The notes below the pieces were generated by a model. The model was given only the letters and a program-made list of their open reading frames with translations, was not told the origin of the DNA and ran no database searches. Of a DNA stretch of 12,289 bases, positions 6,869-12,289 are shown piece after piece (position 1 is the stretch's first letter; each line of letters starts with the position of its first letter). The DNA lies in assembly GCA_048885525.1 (NCBI GenBank), contig JBHLLP010000070.1:1-12289 (forward strand). Reading direction: 5' to 3'. A program made the position numbers and the translations under genes. The DNA comes from Candidatus Hermodarchaeota archaeon. Lineage in GTDB: Archaea; Asgardarchaeota; Lokiarchaeia; Sigyniarchaeales; SOKP01.

Positions 6869-8142
6869 TAAATTAAACCTCCCGTTTTCTCATTCGTTTG
6901 TTTTAATAAACAATATTTGCTTATTGCATAGAAAGATAATAGTAAAAAGAGAGTAGGTAGAAAATTATATGGAAATATCAGATATATTTGCATCCAGATA
7001 CCTGTAAAAATAAGACTGAAAAAACTAAAGAAAAAAATGCTAATATTTAATGCACGATTTATCTTTAAATCAAAAGGTAAGTTAAAGAAAATAATAATTA
7101 AGATTGGTATTAGAGTGAGTAAATGATGATCCCACGAGTCAAAATATACAAGTAAAGTAATGATAATTCCAAAGAAGTAACTATATAAGATAGAATTATT
7201 TTCAAATCTTCTAAATATAAAGATTATAAAACCTAAACCCCCTATAATGACAATAACTCCTAAAATTATAAAAATCTGATTAAATGGAATGTTATAAAAA
7301 TAATAGAAATTAACAATTAACTGAGAAATACTAAATGAAAAACTTTGAGCGATTGGATTGTTTCCTGTAAAATTGGCATTTAAGAAACCTTCCCAAAACG
7401 TTGGATAAAAGAAGAAAAAAATGAGGTTCAATAATACAGGTAACAAAACTCCAATTACTCTAATTATACTTCGATAAACATCAAACTTTATCTTTCGATT
7501 TTCTAAATCGAATTGAAGTATTATTAAGAAAGGGATTAAAAAGAAAGTAGTGGGTTTTATGGTAATACTTACTCCTAATATAAAGCTTGCTAAAAAGTTC
7601 CATTTAATTTCTTCATATTTTAGAAACAAGAAAAGAGATAGTAAAACTAAGAAGGTAACGTATAAGTTTATTTGCCCTAAAATATAATTAAAAATATTAG
7701 GTAATCCAATTAAAAAAATACATATATAATCTATAACTTTCTTCTCATTCTTTTCATGATTTTCACTTCTAATGAGAATAATTATTTTATAAAGGATTAG
7801 GCAGATTAAAATGTTTAAAATTAGATTAAAACAATTAAATATTATAAAACCTAAATCAAAACCCATTAAGTAAAAAGGTACAAAAAAGTATGCTGAAACT
7901 GGAAAATATCTAAATGGCACAATAAAATCAAAAGTGTAGAGATTGTTGATATCATGAAGAACAACTTCACCCGTTATATAATAAACTCGAAAATCGTTTT
8001 GATATCTAAAAAGATTTAGCGTTAGAAACAAGGATAATATAAAGTAGCTTAAATGAATTAAAAAAGCAATTCGAAAAACCTTATAATCCCATAAATTTCT
8101 AAATAATTTTTTTATTTTTAATAAAAAAGGAATCAATTTCAT
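6868..8142 (-). CDS. GT87/DUF2029-like GT-C membrane glycosyltransferase (paralog B)
   Basis: Motifs NDFRVYYITG, FRYFPVSAYFF, GQINLYVT, TIKP and DSWDHHLLTLIP; colinear with paralogs A and C. Confidence 0.85.
   Translation of the reverse strand: MKLIPFLLKIKKLFRNLWDYKVFRIAFLIHLSYFILSLFLTLNLFRYQNDFRVYYITGEVVLHDINNLYTFDFIVPFRYFPVSAYFFVPFYLMGFDLGFIIFNCFNLILNILICLILYKIIILIRSENHEKNEKKVIDYICIFLIGLPNIFNYILGQINLYVTFLVLLSLFLFLKYEEIKWNFLASFILGVSITIKPTTFFLIPFLIILQFDLENRKIKFDVYRSIIRVIGVLLPVLLNLIFFFFYPTFWEGFLNANFTGNNPIAQSFSFSISQLIVNFYYFYNIPFNQIFIILGVIVIIGGLGFIIFIFRRFENNSILYSYFFGIIITLLVYFDSWDHHLLTLIPILIIIFFNLPFDLKINRALNISIFFFSFFSLIFTGIWMQIYLIFPYNFLPTLFLLLSFYAISKYCLLKQTNEKTGGLI
6877..6882 (-). promoter_or_regulatory. 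Shine-Dalgarno sequence GGAGGT for the 249-aa gene (translational coupling)
   Basis: ACCTCC on the + strand, 8 nt from the GTG start at 6868, inside the 3' end of the upstream GT87 gene. Confidence 0.7.
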
Positions 8143-8173
8143 TATTAGTTTTGATTTATCAAACCTCCTTCTC

Positions 8174-9436
8174 TTATTTTCCTTGTTTTATTAAACAATA
8201 TTTACTTATCGCGTAGAAAGCTAAAGTAAGAAAGAAAGTAGATTCAAAATTATAAGGAAATAATGGATATGTAAGATACCAAAAACCCGTAAAGGCGAGA
8301 TCAAAGAAGCTAAAGAAGAATAAACTCAATTTAATAGGCTTAACCGTTTCTGATTGTCGGGGTATATTAAACATAATTATAATTAAAATTGGAGTTAAAT
8401 TCAGTAAATGATGGTCCCATGAATCAAAGTATGCTATTAGCATTATGATAATTCCATATGAATAACCAAATATGATTGAATTTTCTTCAAATCTTCTTAT
8501 TATGAAGATTACAAACCCTAAAAACCCAAAAATTCCAATAACTCCAATAAATATGAAGAGTTGATTAAAGGGAATATTATAAAAGAAACAGAAGTTAATA
8601 ATAAGCTTAGTGAGGCTAAAAGAAAAATTAAGAGCTATTGGATTGCTCCCTGTAAAGTTAGTATCCAAAAAACCTTCCCATAATGTAGGATACAAGAAAA
8701 AGAGGATAAAATTCAACAAAATGGGTGTACAAACTCCTGCTAAACGAATTAAGCTTCTTGAAATATCAATTTTCAATTCTTTATGCTCTAAATCAAAATT
8801 AATTATAATTAAAAATGGAATTAACAGAATTGCAGTAGGTTTTATGATGATACTTAATCCAAGGATAATACTACTCAATAATTGCCATTTATAATCTGAA
8901 AATTTAAGGAAAATATAAAGAGATAATAAGATAAAAAATGTAATGTATAAGTTAATTTGCCCGTAAATATAATTCAAAACATGAGGTACTCCCATTAAAT
9001 AAATACATATATATGAAATTACCCTTTTATCATTTTTTTCATGATTTTTGTATTTAATTATAAAAATTATTTTATAGAGAAGAATACATATTAGGAAGTT
9101 TAGAATTAAATTAAAAATATTAAAAATTACAAATGCAAATTGAAAATCAAAGAAGGAAAATGGAATAAAGAATATAGCAGATAATGGAAAATATCTAAAA
9201 TCCCATAAGTAATAAGCTTGATTATAAAGATTTTCAATATCATTAAGAAATATCTTTCCTACATTATAAAATATTATGAAATCATTTTTTGTTTGGTAGA
9301 ATATGAAAAATAATATAATTGATAGTACGAAATAAAAACTATGGAGAAGTAGGGCATACCTAAATACTTTTTGCTTCAATAATTCTCTAATTCTCTTAAT
9401 AAATGTATATTTTAGACTCATTGAGTCATTATCCAT
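8174..9436 (-). CDS. GT87/DUF2029-like GT-C membrane glycosyltransferase (paralog A)
   Basis: Motifs NDFIIFYNVG, FRYFPLSAIFF, GQINLYIT, IIKP and DSWDHHLLNLTP. Confidence 0.85.
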   Translation of the reverse strand: MDNDSMSLKYTFIKRIRELLKQKVFRYALLLHSFYFVLSIILFFIFYQTKNDFIIFYNVGKIFLNDIENLYNQAYYLWDFRYFPLSAIFFIPFSFFDFQFAFVIFNIFNLILNFLICILLYKIIFIIKYKNHEKNDKRVISYICIYLMGVPHVLNYIYGQINLYITFFILLSLYIFLKFSDYKWQLLSSIILGLSIIIKPTAILLIPFLIIINFDLEHKELKIDISRSLIRLAGVCTPILLNFILFFLYPTLWEGFLDTNFTGSNPIALNFSFSLTKLIINFCFFYNIPFNQLFIFIGVIGIFGFLGFVIFIIRRFEENSIIFGYSYGIIIMLIAYFDSWDHHLLNLTPILIIIMFNIPRQSETVKPIKLSLFFFSFFDLAFTGFWYLTYPLFPYNFESTFFLTLAFYAISKYCLIKQGK

Positions 9437-9643
9437 TTATAATTTTAGTTTTAAATTCTTAAATTAAGTTACTAAAATTAGAATGCTATAAAATTATTTC
9501 ATTAAGAGCACTTTTTAAAACTCTAATTCTATTCTTTTTAAATGGTAAATCTTAAAAAGAAAAGAATCATAACTGAATATTGAAGACCAATTTATATCTT
9601 TAAGAACATTTCTATCAATAATAACAAATTTAGGCGAATTTAG

Positions 9644-11446
9644 TTGTTGAAAAAAAAGTTAAACGTATTTGAAATCTTAATTATTACTGCAATTTTATTT
9701 GTTAGTTTTTTTCCTCAAAAAGTAGTGTTAGCTAACGAAGCCTATTATTTTGCAGAAGATGATGATTCTTGGATAGTTAAAACTCTCGAAGCAAGAGGTT
9801 TGGACTCAAATATCATAGAGGAAATGTACGATTACATTCTTGATAATGAGCAAGTTATTCAAAGTATTTTAATATCTCGAGATGGATACTTAATACAGGA
9901 TGAATATTTGTATGCATACGAGCGTACGGGCGATAATTTCTATTATAATCCCTATGACGATATGCTTTTAGATCAAATTCATGAGAATAGGCATCATGTA
10001 TGGAGTGTAACTAAATCGATTACATCGTTATTAGTTGGCATTGCTATCGATTTGGGAGATTTAGATAATGTAACACAAAAGTTTTTTGATATCTTCCCAG
10101 ATAAGTGGAAACCAATTTATCAGAATGAAACCAAGAAGGATATAACTATTGAAGATTTACTTACTATGACTTCAGGGCTTTCTTGGAATGAGGCTGTTGA
10201 TGCATTTGAAATATGGCCTGGAACAGGGTATAGTCTCGATTATATTCTTAATAAAACATTAGTACACGATCCTGGTACAACATTCACATATTCAACCGGA
10301 AATACGGAACTTCTTGCAGCCATATTACAAAATAGGACAGGTGTAAAACTAGCAAATTATGCTAAGCAATATCTATTTGATCCAATTGGAGTAGATGAAA
10401 ATGATATTGAATGGATAGAAGATACTTGGGAGTGGGGTTCGGGGGCATTAACAACTATTTCTCATGGAGGTTTTGGGATTTTTGCCGCACCGAGAGCTTT
10501 AGCTCGGATTGGAGAGTTATGTTTGAATAATGGAAATTGGAATGGCACACAGGTAATTCCAGCAGAATGGATCGAAAATGCAACCACGACACATTCGATT
10601 CCTATAGGTGTAGGGGAAGGTTTGGAATATGGATATTTGTTCTGGCTAGATGATGATTTTTATTCTGCAATTGGAGCTTTAGGACAGCAAATATCAATTA
10701 TTCCAAAACTCGATACCGTTGTAGTTATTACATCAGAACTTTTAGACTTAGCTTCAAATACTCCTACTTATTTAGTAAAAAATTACATCATTCAAGCAGC
10801 TTTGGTAGAAAACTTAACAATAGCGAAGCCGTTAAACAACGCTGGATATGGAGCGAACTCTCCATATTTTGAAATTTATCCAGAAAAACCATATCGAAAT
10901 GGAACTTGGTATTCGTTAAATAGCGGGATTAATACAACTTTTACGGAATTTAGCGGTGTGATCAATCCAACTCAATGGGATATTTTATCTACTGGAAACT
11001 ACTCCCTAACATTCTATGCAAATAATTCTGCAGGAGAAATTATATCAAAAACCGTGAATATCATAAAAGATGTGATCGATCCTATAATAATAGTAAACTT
11101 CACGGGAAATACTTTTGGAAAGATAGCTCCAGATTTCACCGTATCTATCACTGAGGATTATCTAAATGATACTTGGTATACTTTAGATGATGGAAACACA
11201 AATATTACTTTTACGGGATTAAGTGGTACAATCGATCAAGATCAATGGGATAATGTAGCAAAAGGGGAGGTTACCATAGTTTTCTACGCAAGAGATATTA
11301 CAGGAAACATTGGATCTCACCAAATAATACTTCAAAAAGTAATACCTTCAGAAATTATTCCAGGATATAGCCTACTTCTGCTCTTGGGTGTTTTTTCCAT
11401 AACTGTAGTCCTAATTGCTAGAAAACTAAAAATTAGATTTAAATAA
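9644..11446 (+). CDS. Cell-surface serine hydrolase (beta-lactamase/AmpC fold) with two Ig-like repeats and a Loki-CTERM-type anchor
   Basis: TTG start; signal peptide ending VVLA. SxxK = S121-V-T-K124 (WSVTKS), ITIEDLLTMTSGL, PGTTFTY216STGN, LFDPIGV, LARIGELCLNNGNWNGTQVIPAEWI, YGYLFW, AIGALGQ. C-terminal IPGY, TM helix and RKLKIRFK. Confidence 0.92.
   Translation: MLKKKLNVFEILIITAILFVSFFPQKVVLANEAYYFAEDDDSWIVKTLEARGLDSNIIEEMYDYILDNEQVIQSILISRDGYLIQDEYLYAYERTGDNFYYNPYDDMLLDQIHENRHHVWSVTKSITSLLVGIAIDLGDLDNVTQKFFDIFPDKWKPIYQNETKKDITIEDLLTMTSGLSWNEAVDAFEIWPGTGYSLDYILNKTLVHDPGTTFTYSTGNTELLAAILQNRTGVKLANYAKQYLFDPIGVDENDIEWIEDTWEWGSGALTTISHGGFGIFAAPRALARIGELCLNNGNWNGTQVIPAEWIENATTTHSIPIGVGEGLEYGYLFWLDDDFYSAIGALGQQISIIPKLDTVVVITSELLDLASNTPTYLVKNYIIQAALVENLTIAKPLNNAGYGANSPYFEIYPEKPYRNGTWYSLNSGINTTFTEFSGVINPTQWDILSTGNYSLTFYANNSAGEIISKTVNIIKDVIDPIIIVNFTGNTFGKIAPDFTVSITEDYLNDTWYTLDDGNTNITFTGLSGTIDQDQWDNVAKGEVTIVFYARDITGNIGSHQIILQKVIPSEIIPGYSLLLLLGVFSITVVLIARKLKIRFK
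10814..11342 (+). repeat. Two tandem Ig-like stalk repeats of about 88 aa within the hydrolase
   Basis: TWYSLNSGINTTFTEFSGVINPTQWDILSTGNYSLTFYANNSAGE versus TWYTLDDGNTNITFTGLSGTIDQDQWDNVAKGEVTIVFYARDITGN. Confidence 0.8.
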
Positions 11447-11451
11447 AACTA

Positions 11452-11460
11452 TTTTTTTTT
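11452..11460 (+). terminator. Oligo-T archaeal-type terminator of the hydrolase gene
   Basis: T9 run starting 6 nt after the TAA stop. Confidence 0.5.
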
Positions 11461-11649
11461 CAATTTATTTTCTGAGATAAAAGGCCAACTCTTTTTAATT
11501 TCATTAAAATATCAATTTTATTGAAAAAAATAAACAATAATATAAAGCGAGTGATAGTGTGAATAATTAATAATATTTTATTTAGTTTTGATTTCCTAAA
11601 TTAAAGTATTAAAAATATTATTTTGAAATTTCATAATGAGAGATTTAAA

Positions 11650-12085
11650 ATGTCTTTTATAAACATCAGATCAGAAGAAATAACTTTTGGAATAATAGTG
11701 GGAAATAGAGGTTTTTTTCCTAGTGAACTAGCTAACAATGAAGAATTGAAATAATTGAAGTTATGAGGGATCAGGTTATAATTATGTAATCCTAGAAGAG
11801 GAAGCTAGTCAATTTGGAGATGTGGAGACATATGAAGATGCTAAAAAATGTGCTGAATTATTTAAACAAAATCAAGACAAAATTAAAGGTGTAATAATTT
11901 GTATGCCTAACTTCGCGGATGAGAAAGGAATCGCTAATTAATTAAAATTGGCAAATCTTAATGTTCCTGTTTTAATTCAGGCATCTTAAGATGACATTGA
12001 GAAGATGGACCGTGTACCTAGAAGAGATGCGTTCTATGGAAAAATTTCAGTCACAAGTGTATTATATCAATATGCTATTCCATTT
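11650..12085 (+). pseudogene. L-fucose/L-arabinose isomerase family pseudogene, N-terminal fragment
   Basis: Reconstructed: MSFINIRSEEITFGIIVGNRGFFPSELA../RIEIIEVMRD../GYNYVILEEEASQFGDVETYEDAKKCAELFKQNQDKIKGVIICMPNFADEKGIAN*LKLANLNVPVLIQAS*DDIEKMDRVPRRDAFYGKISVTSVLYQYAIPF. Frameshifts near 11740 and 11773, in-frame TAA at 11939 and 11987, and similarity ends near 12085. Confidence 0.88.
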
Positions 12086-12086
12086 T

Positions 12087-12289
12087 TTATTTCTTTTCAG
12101 AGCCGAGTTGCTTATCTAAATCAATTACTAATGGAACCTCTTTTTCATTTCTCTTAAGGACTGAATTTAGCCATTTTTGAAAAAAAAATATTAACTCTTG
12201 AATAAAATTAGCTTATTCTTTCGAATTCTCCTCGGATCACTCGAGATGCTTCACAGACAGAATTGACGAATTGTTCGTATAAAATTTCA
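12087..12289 (-). pseudogene. 3' end or remnant of an unidentified minus-strand gene entering from beyond the window
   Basis: One frame reads KFYTNNSSILSVKHLE*SEENSKE*ANFIQELIFFFQKWLNSVLKRNEKEVPLVIDLDKQLGSEKK* (stop 12089-12087). Another frame is open from the edge to 12208 (EILYEQFVNSVCEASRVIRGEFERIS*). The real frame cannot be decided from this window. Confidence 0.35.

Noticed and set aside
8610-8894. 94-aa + strand ORF
   Set aside because: Antisense shadow of GT87 paralog A; its Lys/Ile/Asn richness mirrors hydrophobic codons on the other strand.
11454-11530. TTTTTTTCAAT/ATTGAAAAAAA inverted repeat
   Set aside because: Mostly homopolymer; better explained as T-tract terminators or chance.

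Overview
AT-rich archaeal window, most likely Asgard/Lokiarchaeia. This is inferred from an archaeal-type A1-U72 tRNA-Gln without encoded CCA, an IPGY 'Loki-CTERM'-type sorting tail and a mosaic protein of eukaryote-like domains. From left to right: tRNA-Gln(CUG); an unannotated 61-codon two-helix membrane ORF (200..385) with one in-frame TGA, followed about 80 nt later by a compact eukaryote-type SECIS-like hairpin (candidate new selenoprotein, the top finding); then a minus-strand block with a parvulin PPIase carrying a Par14-like basic tail, a NikR-like RHH regulator lacking the Ni ligands, a 790-aa protein (Zn fingers, five winged helices, adaptin/BBSome-type appendage), a CcdA/NiCoT-like membrane protein, and three paralogous GT87-like (GT-C) glycosyltransferases around a membrane-anchored secreted protein. 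A divergent surface-anchored beta-lactamase-fold serine hydrolase with Ig-like repeats follows. The right end is decaying: an L-fucose/L-arabinose isomerase pseudogene abuts a minus-strand gene remnant. No CRISPR array or mobile element was seen. All family calls come from motif recognition by eye, not database searches.
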